Assembly (NCBI GenBank): GCA_030390025.1
Contig: CM059430.1
Location: forward strand, 10,726,001 to 10,790,000
Direction of reading: 5' to 3'
DNA: 64,000 nt
From: Squalus acanthias
Lineage: Eukaryota
The notes under the pieces were generated by a model, which did not search any database, was not told where the DNA came from, and saw nothing but the letters and a program-made list of their open reading frames with translations. Both the position numbers and the translations under genes were made by a program. Shown one piece after another: positions 24,920-37,677 of this stretch. Within the stretch, counting starts at the first letter, position 1. The number at the start of each line of letters is the position of its first letter.

Positions 24920-26269
24920 ATATGAAGGTGAAATAAAAATTAACCTCCAAAGTGGTTCTCAGGACCCAAAACTCCTTTGGACGGCGTCGAATCTCTCCAG
25001 ACGTCTCGCTCCCTCTCAATCTGCGTGTTCCAAAAATTTCGCCGACAAGAAAAGGCAGGAAGCGGCTGCCTTTAAATAGCGCTCCCCCAGCCTCTTCCCA
25101 ACTTGAAAACGTTCTCCTCTACCTGTTGAAACTCGTGGCAGGCGCTAAGGCAGGGGGCGCGACTCAATATCCGGTCCGGGGCGCTACCGGAGCGCTGCAC
25201 GCTTGACTGACGTCACGATCTGCGGGCGCAGGAGATCGTGGCGGTAGTGTTTAGCGCCGCCGCAAAACGACTGGTCAATTTCGCGAACGGCGTTAAAATC
25301 GCCACGCTCGGGCGCTAAGTTCCTAGCGCCCCGTTAGCGCCCCCCGGAGGCGCTAACCAACCGAATTTTTCTCCCATAGGGTTTCAGCTTTTATTGCTAA
25401 TGTGTTTACGGAATTTATTCAAGGCAAATTTTTTCCAACCTGTGAGGTTATTTTGAGAATTTAGCAGAAATTGCTGTCTGGATTGCCCTGGAATGTGTCT
25501 GAAGTGGGGTAGAGACACCTCTGTTGCCAGCATGCCTCAACTAAACTCGTTACAATGCGAGCAAAAGCACTGTCCCTTTCACCAGTAGTGAATGGGGCAA
25601 TGCTGTTTCACACATTTCTCCACTGTTAGGATATGAGTGGGATATTGAGCAGATGCAAGAGCTATAATTGACAGTGAGAAAACATCAATTAAGAATAGAC
25701 GTGTTGCAGTGCATATTGAGAACCAGGATGGTTTAGAACTGGCCGACGCTCTTGTTCCAGATGTGCTGTTATAAAGACTTCAAGCTTCTCTCGAACTGGG
25801 CTAATCTGAACCAGGAAAATGTCTGGTTCTGCTCCAGCAGCAGCTGCAGTATAGCTACAAGCCAATTTCGGTTCTGGGTTACACATTCCAGGTGAATGAT
25901 GCAGCAATAGGTGGGCACAAGACATTATTGCAACATTGTCCATTGCATTTGAGACAATCCGCATTTGCACAGTAAAATCAGTAAAAAAAATTTACAATCC
26001 AATCTGCTTATGACACCACCCTCTGTTTCAGGATATCAGCTAGATCAGGCATATTTACTATTCTGAGAAGTACAAAATGAAGTTTCAGGGCAAAATTCTC
26101 CTGTATGCCTTTATGTGAATTTTAGCAACAAGGTAAAGGTGAATAAGAAGAAAGTAGAAAGCACTATTAGACTGCTCATCCATGTTTTAGTGCTGGTCTA
26201 ACTATTCCTAACCTTCCAATATTAGATTAACAATCATTAGCAAGATATGAGCAAAAGAGCCAATTTTTA

Positions 26270-26738
26270 CAGGAACATAGAAACAGGAGTCGGCCATTCA
26301 GCCCCTCGAGCCTGTTCCGCCATTCAATTAGGTCATGGCTGATCTGTATCTTAACTCCATCTACCCATCTTGCTTCTGTAACCCTCAATACCCTTGCCTA
26401 AGAAAATTCTATCGATCTCAGTTTTTAAATTTTCAATTGACTTCCAGCTTCAACAGCTTTTTGGAGGAGAGAGTTCCAGGTTTCCACCACCCTTTGTGTG
26501 AAGAAGTGCTTCCTGACATCACCCCTGAACGGCCTGGCTCTAATTTTAAGGTTATGCCCCCCCTTTGTTCTGGGCTCCCCCGCCAGAGGAAATAGTTTCT
26601 CTCTATCCACCCTATCAACTCCTTTAATCATCTTAAAGACCTCAATTAGATCACCACTTAATTTTCTACACTCAAGGGAATACAAGCCTAGTCTATGCAA
26701 CCTGTCCTGATAATTTAACCCTCTAAGCCCCGGTATTA
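26270..26738 (-). mobile_element. CR1 LINE 3' fragment
   Basis: IPGLRGLNYQDRLHRLGLYSLE...FFTQRVVETWNSL. Confidence 0.9.
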
Positions 26739-26985
26739 TTGTGGTTAAGATCATTAATGGGGGAGGCTTGCAGCAATCAGCCAGGTCACAGTAAAATCAA
26801 AAAATGTGTATTTCACTGCAGGTCAGACTTTGCGTGAATGAGTTTCACAAAGGGAAGGATATTGAAGTATCAACACAAGCATAAGTAAATGCCTAAAAAG
26901 CAACTTGGACAGAAATTGAAGTGTAGTGTGCTCGGGGGGAAGGGCAGAGAAACAACCTAACAGAAAAAAAGTTAAGCCATTTAAA

Positions 26986-27442
26986 AAGAAAGAAAGACTT
27001 GCATTTCTATAGCGCCTTTCACAACCACCGGACGTCTCAAAGCGCTTTACAGCCAATTAAGTACTTTTTGAAGTGTAGTCACTGTTGTAATGTGGGAAAC
27101 GCGGCTGCCAATTTGCGCACAGCAAGCTTCCATAAACAGCAATGTGATAATGACCAGATAATCTGTTTTTGTTATGTTGGTTGAGGGATAAATATTAGCC
27201 AGGACTCCCCTGCTCTTCTTCGAAATAGTGCCATGGGATCTTTTACATCCACCTGAGGGAGCAGACAAGGCCTCGGTTTAACGTCTCATCTGAAAGACGG
27301 CACCTCCGACAGTGCAGCACTCCCTCAGCACTGCACTGGAGTGTCAGCCTAGCCTTATGTGCTCAAGTCCCTGGATTTGGACTCTGAACCCACAACCTTC
27401 TGACTCAGAGACGAGAGTGCTACCCACTGAACCACAGCTGAC
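26986..27442 (-). mobile_element. Full-length DeuSINE (SacSINE1-like)
   Basis: Reverse complement of 29895-30322: tRNA-like head, Deu domain, L2-type tail. Confidence 0.85.
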
Positions 27443-27473
27443 ATTTAGCAATTGATGGCTGCTTTGTTCTATA

Positions 27474-29892
27474 GGGGGCGATTTTCCCACTGGAGGCGAG
27501 ATGGAGGCGGGTTTCGGTTTGGGTGGGTTTGAAACCCGCCTCCACTCATAGTTTTCAAATAATTGAGATTTTCCCATGATTGGCCACTTGATTTCAGAGG
27601 TGTGAGATGTCCTTGGTCAATTAGTATTTTGGGTGCCTGCTGTACATGGTCCATGTCTCTGAGGCGGGTATCACTACTGCTCTGTAGACCATGAGCTTAG
27701 TGCCGGGTTTGAGGTCCTGATCTTCAAACACTCTCTTCCTCAGGTGACCGAAGGCTGCACTGGCACACTGAAGGCGGTGTTGGACTTCATCATCGACGTC
27801 TGCCCTTGTTGACAGTAGGCTCCCGAGGTATGGAAAGTGCTCCACGTTGTCCAAGGCCTTGTCGTGGATTTTGATAATCAGGGGGCAGTACTGTGTGGCG
27901 GGGGCAGGTTGGTAGAGGACCTTTGTCTTACGGATGTTTAGTGTAAGGCCCATGCTCTCGTACGCTTCGGTGAAGGTGTTGACGATAGTTTGGAGTTCGA
28001 CCTCCGAGTGAGCGCAGACGCAAGCGTTGTCTCATACTGTAATTCGACGACAGCAGGCACCTCAAAGCACTGGAAAGGTATCACCAATGCTGCCTCCGCA
28101 AGATCCTGCAAATCCATTGGCAGGATAGGCGTATCAATGTCAGTGTTCTCGCTCAGGCCAACATTCCCAGCATCGAAGCTTTGACCACGCTCGATCAGCT
28201 CCGATGGACGGGTCACATCGTCCGCATGCCCGATACGAGACTCCCAAAACAAGTGCTCTACTCAGGAGCTCTGACACGGCAAGAGAGCCCCAGGTCGGCA
28301 GAGGAAACACTTCAAGGACACCCTCAAAGCCTCCTTGAAAAAGTGCAACATCCCCACTGACACCTGGGAATCCCTGGCCCAAGACCGCACAAAGTGGAGG
28401 AGAAGCATCCGGGAAGGCGCCGAACACCTCGAGTCTCTTCGCCAGGAGCAAGCGGAAGCCAAGCGCAAGCAGCGCAAGGACCCCACCCACCCGCCCCTTC
28501 AACCACCATCTGCCCCAACTGTGACAGAGACTGTAGGTCCCGCATTGGACTCATCAGTCACCTGAGAACTCATTTTTAATGTGGAAGCAAGTCACCCTTG
28601 GCTCCGAGGGACTGCCTAAGAAGAAGTATTTTGGGACTGAAACCCGCCTCTGTTGACAGCACTTTTCCAGTCTGATTTTATGGCTTCTTGCTCCCTTGGC
28701 TCATTCCACAGGATTTCTGCCTATGCTGCACCACGTGCAACATATTTTGAGAAACCACTCTGTCCAATTCCAAGGCAAGGGCCTCCCCGAGGCTCTCGGA
28801 TGAGGCGCTGCAAATGTTGTTCGAGGGGGTGACAGCTAGCATGGAGGTGCTCTTCCACTCATCTGGGAGGAAGAGGCCTGCCAAAGAAACCTCTGTGGGT
28901 ACAGCTGGCAAGGGATATAAGCTCCAGATCTGTGTGCAGATTGGGACACTGTTTCTGTGTATTGATGAAATGCCATCCCTGTTGGAAAGCATTAAAATGA
29001 TTTGATGCCAAAATGTTGGCGTTATGGCATCTGTTCTTTCGCGTTAGGTAGCTCCACATTGCGGGCACTGCCACACTTGCATTGTCAGGTTGGTGGCCTG
29101 AGTGAAAGCAGGCCAGAGAGTCATGTCCATTGTCAATGATGTCTTAGGATGGAGCCAAGGACATGTCCCAACTTGGGCAACCTATGCAAATCTGGCCATG
29201 ATAAGTTCATCCCTTGCATCCCGGGCAGCCATGTGCTCGCGTGCTGCCGCTGCTGCTGGTCGATACACCAGCGCTCTGACCTCCTCCTGCTCCTCCTCCA
29301 GCTCCTCCTCCTCCTCAGCCTCCTCCTCCTCATCCTCATCTGAGGTCCATGGAGAAAGAAAACGAATGGTTCCCATGCTGCTTGTAGATGCCTCCTTTGG
29401 GGAAGCGCTCATTGCAAGCGGAGAGAGGGTCTTCCAAGGAGGTCCCACAGTTGATGGAGTCAAGCTGCAGCACTTCCGACTTCAGAAGGCCTTCTAAAAT
29501 TGCTCAGAGACCTTTTAAAACAAAAGTCTGGCACCTGCAAGTAATCCTTGCTGCAATAAACGATGTCTTGTTAGACCTGCAGCAGTGAGGAGGCCACCCA
29601 CGAGTCAACCTGCCAGGTTTACCTGGCGTGGTTTAGGAGGTGCGTGGAGCACGCCGAAATCCTCGAAAAATCACAAAGGCCTCTCAAAATAGCATTTAAT
29701 GAGCATTTAATGATCACAAGTATCGCTATGGCCAGCTGGAGGTGGAACCGTTTCCCGACCTTCAAAACCGGCACCGGCAAAATCCCGCGGAGGCGGGTTG
29801 GAGGCGGGTTGCGAACCCGTCCTCATTGAATCTGATTTTCCCGCCTTTCCCACCTCCAAACCCGCCTCCTCCGATGGCAGAAAATCACCCCC
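27474..29892. mobile_element. Internally deleted Harbinger derivative carrying a nested RTE
   Basis: TIRs GGGGGCGATTTTC / GAAAATCACCCCC; Myb stub on + at about 28775-28890 (PRLSDEALQMLFEGVTA); acidic transposase C-terminus on - at 29182-29345 (...AARDARDELIMARFA). Confidence 0.8.
27634..28624. mobile_element. RTE LINE insertion with 5' inversion and 11-bp TSD
   Basis: 27634-28050 on -, 28051-28624 on + ending in an (AAG)n tail; TSD AGTATTTTGGG at 27623-27633 and 28625-28635; same family as 13802-14719. Confidence 0.9.
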
Positions 29893-29894
29893 AG

Positions 29895-30322
29895 CGTGTC
29901 AGCGGTGGCTCAGTGGGTAGCACACTCGCCTCTGAGTCAGAAGGTTGTGGGTTCAAGTCCCACTCCAGGGACATGAGAACAAAACTCTAGGCTGGCACGT
30001 CTTTCGGATGAGACGTTAAACCGAGGCCCCGTCTGCCCCCTCAGGTGGACGTAAAAGATCCCATGCACTAGTTCAAAGAAGAGTAGTGGAGTTATCCCTG
30101 GTGTCCTGGCCAATATTTATCCCTCAACAAACATAACAAAAACAGATTATCTGGTCATTATCACATTGCTGTTTGTGGGAGCTTGCTGTGCGCAAATTGG
30201 CTGCCATGTTTCCCACAATACAACAGTGACTACACTCCAAAAAGTACTTCATTGTCTGTAAAGCACTTTGAGACATCCGGTGGTCGTGAAAGGCGCTATA
30301 TAAATGCAAGTCTTTCTTTTTC
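29895..30322 (+). mobile_element. DeuSINE (SacSINE1-like), near full length
   Basis: Box A TGGCTCAGTGG, box B GGTTCAAGTCC, Deu domain, tail ATAAATGCAAGTCTTTCTTT. Confidence 0.85.
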
Positions 30323-31446
30323 TTTTTACTTTAAAAGCAACTATCTAACAATGGTGAGATTTTTGAAGGGGATACCTGTGTTGAAGGTGTAAGATTTATT
30401 TTCTAGGTGTGTCTGAGGTATTCCCCCAACCCAAGAAAATTTTGAGTTCTAACAATGATTTAGTTCATCTTCACCATTTTGGAGTAGTATTTGAGAGGGT
30501 AATTTTTCTCATTAGCCATTCTGAGTTGTTGCTTTTAAACTCCGACCAGTCAATCTACATTATTAACGAACAAAAAAAATGACAGACCTCATGCCATTTA
30601 AGTTAAATCACAACAAAATAGACTGCAATTGTCCAATGGCATATAATTCAGTCCATCAGGCTCTGCACTATTTCTTCCACATCACTCACTCTATTGATTT
30701 GAATTTGGCTTGATCAGTGCCTGATATAGTCGGGTTTAAAACCCATATTTTAAGGCTCCAAACTGTGGTGTTTAACAACTGAATGGACTTTATTCAGATT
30801 ATCAGTCTGAAACCTTTAAATCTAAATATTGGCTCAATTTTTTAATACTGGATCAATATGCATAAATTTTGATTTGTACCAGATATTGGTACAAGTTGCT
30901 TTTGCAATGCTTCAATATTAACTGTGGTGAGTTACTATAGGATGGTAAATTCCCATAAGATATAAAGATAAAGGCAAACAATAGAAAACAAAATGAAATA
31001 GACAGCAAATCTGAATAAATGCTGGAAATACACCAAATCCATCAGCATCAGAAAAAAGTCACACATTTAGCATTTAGGGTGTATATCCCTTGATAGAAAC
31101 CAATAAAACATTAATTACCTGATTATTATGATCTGTTATTTCACCTTTGAAGTCACTTTAGAAAGAAGTGCTTCTTTCTTTAAGGGTATTCAAAATCTAG
31201 CTGTGAAAGTTGAAGTACTAGGTGGGCAAGCTTTAGCAGGCTGAGTGTTGTTTTTCCTAATCCTTGACTGCTGTTCTGAAGAGAAGATCCTTTTAGATAC
31301 AGTGGAGGAGAGTGAGTGCAATTGGTATTGAGTTCCCTTCTGAAACCTTGAATTTTCCTTTACAAGTGGTACGCAGACCATTTTTTGCAGCTTTTCTGGT
31401 TCCTAGCTCAAATTTTGTGACATTTACAAGGCACTGAAACTTTAAT

Positions 31447-32070
31447 TGAGCTGAATGTCTTAATATGTTACAGGTAACAAGACTGTCTGGGGCAGTGTTT
31501 CACAGGAGAAAACCCTTTTGTGAAGCTTTGTCATTGGAATTCCACTAGAGACTGGCGATTCTACTTCTGCCCTCTTGTCAGGTATCAACAAAACTCAATC
31601 CGCACAATTTCCCTGTTCAATTGCTTCAATTGGCGCAGTACATTATAGTTAGGAAGCACTATAGTTATCAGACCACTATGGCTGTGCTACACGCTCCATC
31701 TTGGTTAGCAATGGTTTCGCCCAGCTGGATCTCTCTCCAACTAGAGCTAATGCCTACTTAGAACGACTGCAGACCAAACAGTTCTGATTGCTTGAGACCA
31801 GACGGCCAAGCATTTCTGTGGTGAGGCTGCGGGGTCCTCTACAAGATTCCGAACAGAGCGGAGGCATAAGAGCTTCCAGCACTTAAACCGGACCTTCATG
31901 TTTGTGTCAAAAGCACAAAAGCTGCTGTAGTTGCACCTCACTGTACTGCATCAGTCCAAAAAATCAACACAGAATATCAGTGGTGAAGCTTCACAAAGGA
32001 CTTTCTCCTGTGAAACGTTGCCTCAAACAGTATTGCCATCCACAGCATATTGGGACGTCCAACTCATTCT
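31447..32070. repeat. Old foldback structure with diverged inverted arms of about 95 bp
   Basis: GTTTCACAGGAGAAAACCCTTTTGTGAAGCTT (about 31497) versus AAGCTTCACAAAGGACTTTCTCCTGTGAAAC (about 31986), with similarity extending outward. Confidence 0.6.
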
Positions 32071-32625
32071 AACCAGGAACCAGACGTTCTAGTAGCATTC
32101 ATGATATTCAAGTCTTGCCGTGTGGAACTTAATAATAATTGCACTCACTGACTTCCATCCTTTGCCCTGGATTTCTGACATTGTGACTGGCAGGAAGAGA
32201 GGAGGTCAGCAGCATTAGTACATCGATCGTGCTTTGCTGAAATTAAGCGCCCAGGTGTGAATTTGAACAACGTAGTTTAGAAAGGAAATGTTTCTATACT
32301 TAAAAGCTGCAAACAATAGCAGGAGGACATTTTGGGAGAACTGCAGGGGCAGAAGCGTTAATATCCTGGATTTGGCCGTCGCACTCAGCATAATAATAAG
32401 GAAGGAAGGAAGAACTTGCATTTATACAGCGGCTTTCACGTCCTCAGGACGTCCCAAAGCACTTCACAAGTAATGAAGTACTTTTGAAGTGTAGTCACTG
32501 TTGTAATGTAGTCAAACGTGCAGTCAATTTGCGCACAGCAAGATAAATGACCAGATAATCTATTTCGGTGTGTTAGTTGCGGGATAAATATTGGTCAGGA
32601 TACCAGGAGAACTCTCCCTTACACT

Positions 32626-32997
32626 CAATAACAACAGAAAACGCTGGAAAAACCCAGCAGGCCAGGCAGCATCCGTGGAGAGAGAAACAGAGTTAACGTT
32701 TCCGGTCGAAGACCTTTCGTCAGAACTGGAAAAAAGCAGGAAATGAAATAGATTTAAGGCAAGGATAAAGCTGGGAAAAGGGGGAGGGGATGAAAGAACA
32801 AAAGGAGAGATTAAGAGACATTAAGAGACATTAAGAGATGATCAAGGCAAGAGGAGGTGTTAATGTGACAGGTTGAGGCTAAAAGAAGTGTGAAATGCGC
32901 TGGCAGAATGAAGGACAGCTGCCAGCTTCTAGGAGGAAAAAAAAAAGGGGGGGGGGCAAACAAAAGGGTGGATTCCAGCATCTGCAGTATTTTGCTA
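32626..32997 (-). mobile_element. Penelope-derived non-autonomous unit with 13-bp TSD
   Basis: TSD TCTCCCTTACACT at 32613-32625 and 32998-33010; same arm sequence as 7216-7606. Confidence 0.75.
32691..32727 (-). ncRNA. Minimal hammerhead ribozyme motif, core intact
   Basis: Minus strand reads AGUU-CUGACGA-AA-GGUC uuc GACC-G-GAAA-CG-UU-AACU. Confidence 0.7.
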
Positions 32998-33637
32998 TCT
33001 CCCTTACACTTCTTTGAATAATCCCTTGGGATCTCTTATGTCCCCCTGAGAGGCGTTTAAAGTTTCTTCTGAAAGATGGCATCTCTGACAGTGCAGTGCT
33101 CCCTTAGCTCTGCACTGAATTTCCTACAGTAAGATCCTGAACCAAAAATAAACAATTCTATTGTTCGTTTTGTAGTGAATTATTTTCAAAGGACTGCAAC
33201 CAATTCTGTAACAGACTCTGAAAGATCTGAATTGGAAGAATTTTGCTCTTTCGGGAGAAATGCAAGACTGTTGAGTATTGTATTCAAATATTTGTATCTG
33301 TAAACAGCCAGATCTCTGAGCTATTACCAGCTGATTTAGTAAATAGTGTACAGAACCACTCAAAATGTAGATGATGCCTTTTTTGATGCAATGCCATAAT
33401 GTGAAGTGGATAAGTTGTGACATATGGCATAACGCTGCTCCCCCCCACCCCAATCTGGTCATTTATAACCTTAATGTCAAAAGGTTAGACTGATCTGCCA
33501 AAATATTTGGTTCACATATATTTCATACTTCTACAAATCATAGGAAGCCAGATATGAACTAGACAGACAGTGTTTGCCTAGGACAGAAGCCAGTGGCCTG
33601 CACCATGATTTGAATGTCTCGCTCTGTATTCTGTAGT

Positions 33638-33930
33638 GACATAGAATGACATAGAATGTACAGCACAGAAACAGGCCACTCAGCCCAACTAGTCCATGCC
33701 GGTGTTTATGCTCCACACGAGCCTCCTCCCACCCCTTTGCATCTAACTCTGTCACCATCACCTTCTATTCCTTTCTCCCTCATGTGTTTATCTAGCTTCC
33801 CCTTAAATGCACCTATGCTATTCACCTCCACCTCTCCCTGTGGTAGCGAGCTCCACATTCTCACCACTCCCTGGGTAAAGAAGTTCGTCCTGAATTCCCT
33901 ATTAGATTTATTGGTGACGATCTTATATTT
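33638..33930 (-). mobile_element. CR1 LINE 3' end fragment
   Basis: CATAGAATGA tail repeat; reverse translation ...NFFTQGVVRMWSS. Confidence 0.75.
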
Positions 33931-34562
33931 AAGGCCAAACCATTCTCTGGTCTTTACAGCACAGTTCTAATTATCCTCTTTATGTTTCTGTTTGTTGAAT
34001 CTGTTTCAAACTATGCATCTTATCTGTAAAACCTAATTACACACCTTGTAAAATAGATTATATGCAGAACACTAGATGCTTGCCAGTCAGGTAACACGAA
34101 GGAATGGGGCAGTAATGGTCAAGTGGCTGTGATGATGTCACATACTGTAACAAAAAAGCTTGGGCTGTTAATACGAACCTTCAGATTAATTCATTCCTAA
34201 AACTCCCAACCACATACTTGTTATTCTTTGTATCATATTGTTTCTTAATTGAATTTTGGATTTTTTTTTCTGTGGCAGGGTAGAGTAGTGCTACATAGGT
34301 GGAGGGATAATAAAGATGATAAATATTATACCACAAAAAATAAAATATAGGTATGTGTCCTTTTAATTCTAGACGACAAAATTGCCGGGAGTCAGTCACA
34401 GGTCATGTTGCAGAGTTGTTGGAACTCTAATTGGCAGGTACGATCCCACAATGGTTACAGTACTGGACTAGTAACTCAGAGGTCATGAGTTAACAAATCC
34501 CGCTGTGGCAAGCTGTGAAATTGAATTTAACAGATTTGGTCATTTTTGGACTAGTCCCAGAA

Positions 34563-34739
34563 ATGAATACGTGGCTAGAGGAATGGTGCAAGGGGGAGGG
34601 ATTCAAATTCCTGGGACATTGGAACCGGTTCTGGGGGAGGTGGGACTAGTACAAACCGGACGGTCTGCACCTGGGCAGGGCTGGGACCGCTGTCCTAGGG
34701 GGAGTGTTTGCTAGTGCTGTTGGGGAGGATTTAAACTAA
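34563..34739 (+). pseudogene. CR1 ORF1 C-terminus (SGNH esterase-like domain)
   Basis: MNTWLEEWCKGEGFKFLGHWNRFWGRWD*YKPDGLHLG...EDLN*; DGLH block; in-frame TAG at 34647-34649. Confidence 0.75.
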
Positions 34740-37677
34740 TGTGGCAGGGGGTTGGGAACCTGAGCAGGGAGACAGAGGAAAGCATATCAGGAAGGGACAG
34801 AAGGTATGGAGTAAAAGGTAAAGTGTTAAATAAGGAAAAAGCAGGAAGTAAGTGTCGCAAAACACATTTGAAAGTTCTTTATCTGAATGCACGTAGCATT
34901 CGTAACAAAATTGACCAGTTAACGGCACAAATAACTACGTATGGGTATGATCTTGTGGCCATTACAGAAACATGGCTGCAGGGTGAAAACGTCTGGGAAT
35001 TAAATATGCCAGGGTATTTAACAATCAGGAAGGACAGGCAGGAAGGAAGGGGAGGGGGGTGGCTATGTTAATAAAGGAAGGAATCACTGTAATACAGATA
35101 AATGATATTGGGTCAAAAGATCAGGATAATGAAACAGTTTGGGTAGAGATTAGGAATAATAAGGGGAAAAAAACACTGGTGGGCATAGCATATAGGCCTC
35201 CTAATAGTTGCAACTCTGTTGGAAGAAGTATTAATCAGGAAATAGTTGGGGCATGTAATAAGGGAACAGCTATAATTATGGGGGATTTTAACTATCATAT
35301 TAACTGGACAAATCAAATTGGGCAGGGCAGCCTTGAGGAAGAGTTTATTGAGTGTCTTAGGGATGGATTTCTTGAGCAGTATCTAACTGATCCTACAAGG
35401 GGGCAAGCAACCTTGGACCTAGTACTGTGTAATGAGTCTGGATTAATTAATAATGTCCTAGTTAAGGATCCCCTTGGAATGAGTGACCATAACATGGTTG
35501 AATTCCATATCCAATTAGAGGGTGAGAAGGTTGGTTCTCAAACAAGCATACTGAGCTTGAATAAAGGAGACTATGATGGCATGAGAGCAGAATTGATTAA
35601 AGTGGACTGGGAAAATAGATTAAAGGGTAAGACGGTACATGAGCAGTGGTGTTCATTCAAGGAGTTATTTTACAACTTTCAAAATAAATATATTCCACTG
35701 AGGAAAAAAGGGTGTAAAAGAAATGACAGCCATCCATGGCTAAGTAAAGAAATTAAAGAAAGTATCCAACTAAAAACAAGGACATATAAGGTAGCCAAAG
35801 TTAGTGGGAGGATAGAAGATTGGGAAGTCTTCAAAAGACAACAAAAAGTAACTAAAGGATTGATTAAGAAAGGGAAAATAGACTATGAAAATAAATTAGC
35901 AAAAAATATAAAAACAGATAGCAAGAGTTTCTATAGTTATATAAAAAGAAAAAGGGTGGTTAAGGCAAACATAGGTCCCTTAGAGGATGAGACCGGGAAA
36001 TTAATGGTGGGAAACATGGAGATGGCAAAAATGCTGAACAAATATTTTGTTTCAGTCTTTACGGTAGAGGACACTAAGAATATCCCAACACTGGACAAAC
36101 AGGGGGCTCTAGTGGGGGAGGAGCTAAATACGATTAAAATTACTAAGGAATTGGTACTCAGTAAAATAATGGGACTCAAGGCGGATAAATCCCCTGGACC
36201 TGATGGCTTACATCCTAGGGTCTTGAGGGAAGTGGCAGTAGGAATTGTGGATGCTTTGGTAATAATTTTCCAAAACTCCCTGAACTCAGCAAAGGTCCCG
36301 GCAGATTGGAAAACTGCTAATGTAACACCCTTATTTAAAAAGGGTAGTAGGCAGAAGGCTGGGAATTATAGACCAGTTAGCCTAACATCTGTGGTGGGTA
36401 AAATTTTGGAGTCTATTATTAAGGAGACAGTAACGGAACATTTAGATAAACATAATTTAATAGGACAAAGTCAGCATGGCTTTATGAAGGGGAAGTCATG
36501 TCTGACAAATTTGCTCGAGTTCTTTGAGGACATAACGTACAGGGTGGATAAAGGGGAACCAGTGGATGTAGTGTATTTAGACTTCCAGAAGGCATTCGAC
36601 AAGGTGCCACATAAAAGATTATTACTTAAGATAAAAAATCACTGGATTGGGGGTAATATTCTGGCATGGGTGGAGGATTGGTTATCTAACAGGAAGCAGA
36701 GAGTTGGGATAAATGGTTCATTCTCGGACTGGCAACCAGTAGCCAGTGGTGTTCCGCAGGGGTCGGTGCTGGGTCCCCAACTCTTTACAATCTATATTAA
36801 CGATTTGGAGGAGGGGACCGAGTGTAACATATCAAAGTTTGCAGATGATACAAAGATGGGAGGGAAAGTAGAGAGTGAGGAGGACATAAAAAACCTACAA
36901 GGGGATATAGACAGGCTGGGTGAGTGGGCAGAGATTTGGCAGATGCAATACAATATTGGAAAATGTGAGGTTATGCACTTTGGCAGGAAAAATCAGAGAG
37001 CAAGTTATTATCTTAATGGCGAGAAACTGGAAAGTACTGCAGTACAAAGGGATCTGGGGGTCTTGGTGCAAGAAAATCAAAAAGTTAGTATGCAGGTGCA
37101 GCAGGTGATCAAGAAAGCCAATGGAATGTTGGCTTTTATTGCTAGGGGGATAGAATATAAAAACAGGGAGGTATTGCTGCAGTTGTATAGGGTATTGGTG
37201 AGACCGTACCTGGAGTACTGCATACAGTTTTGGTGTCCATACTTAAGAAAAGACATACTTGCTCTCGAGGCAGTACAAAGAAGGTTCACTCGGTTAATTC
37301 CGGGGATGAGGGAGTGGACATACGAGGAGAGGTTGAGTAGATTGGGACTCTACTCATTGGAGTTCAGAAGAATGAGAGGCGATCTTATTGAAACATATAA
37401 GATTGTGAAGGGGCTTGATCGGGTGGACGCGGTGAGGATGTTCCCAATGATGGGTGAAACTAGAACTAGGGGACATAATCTTAGAATAAGGGGCTCCTCT
37501 TTCAAAACTGAGATGAGGAGAAACTTTTTCACTCAGAGGGTAGTGGGTCTGTGGAATTTGCTACCCCAGGAAGCTGTGGAAGCTACTTCATTAAATAAAT
37601 TTAAAACAGAAATAGACAGTTTCCTAGAAGTAAAGGGAATTAAGGGTTACGGGGAGCGGGCTGGAAATTGGACATGA
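34739..37677 (+). CDS. CR1 ORF2 (APE endonuclease + reverse transcriptase) with a single frameshift at a G-run
   Basis: YLNARSI, AITETWL, IIMGDFN, SDH; KSPGPDG, NYRPVSLTS, LDFQKAFD, GVPQGSVLGP, FADD; the 110-aa and 872-aa ORFs join at G6 (35054-35059). Confidence 0.9.

Larger units (their letters stand above)
21630..25375. mobile_element. Full-length PIF/Harbinger DNA transposon with two convergent genes
   Basis: 16-bp TIRs GGGGGAGAAATTCGGT / ACCGAATTTTTCTCCC (2 mismatches), 3-bp TSD ACA/ATA, Myb gene on + and transposase on -. Confidence 0.92.
32400..33120 (-). mobile_element. DeuSINE split by a Penelope-derived insertion
   Basis: SINE text at 32400-32625 resumes at 33011. Confidence 0.7.

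Noticed and set aside
25689-25970. 93-aa minus-strand ORF in unique sequence
   Set aside because: No recognisable domain, and the length is within chance expectation.
29102-29497. Ser-rich and Glu-rich ORFs
   Set aside because: They derive from the acidic tail of a Harbinger transposase remnant and its antisense reading.
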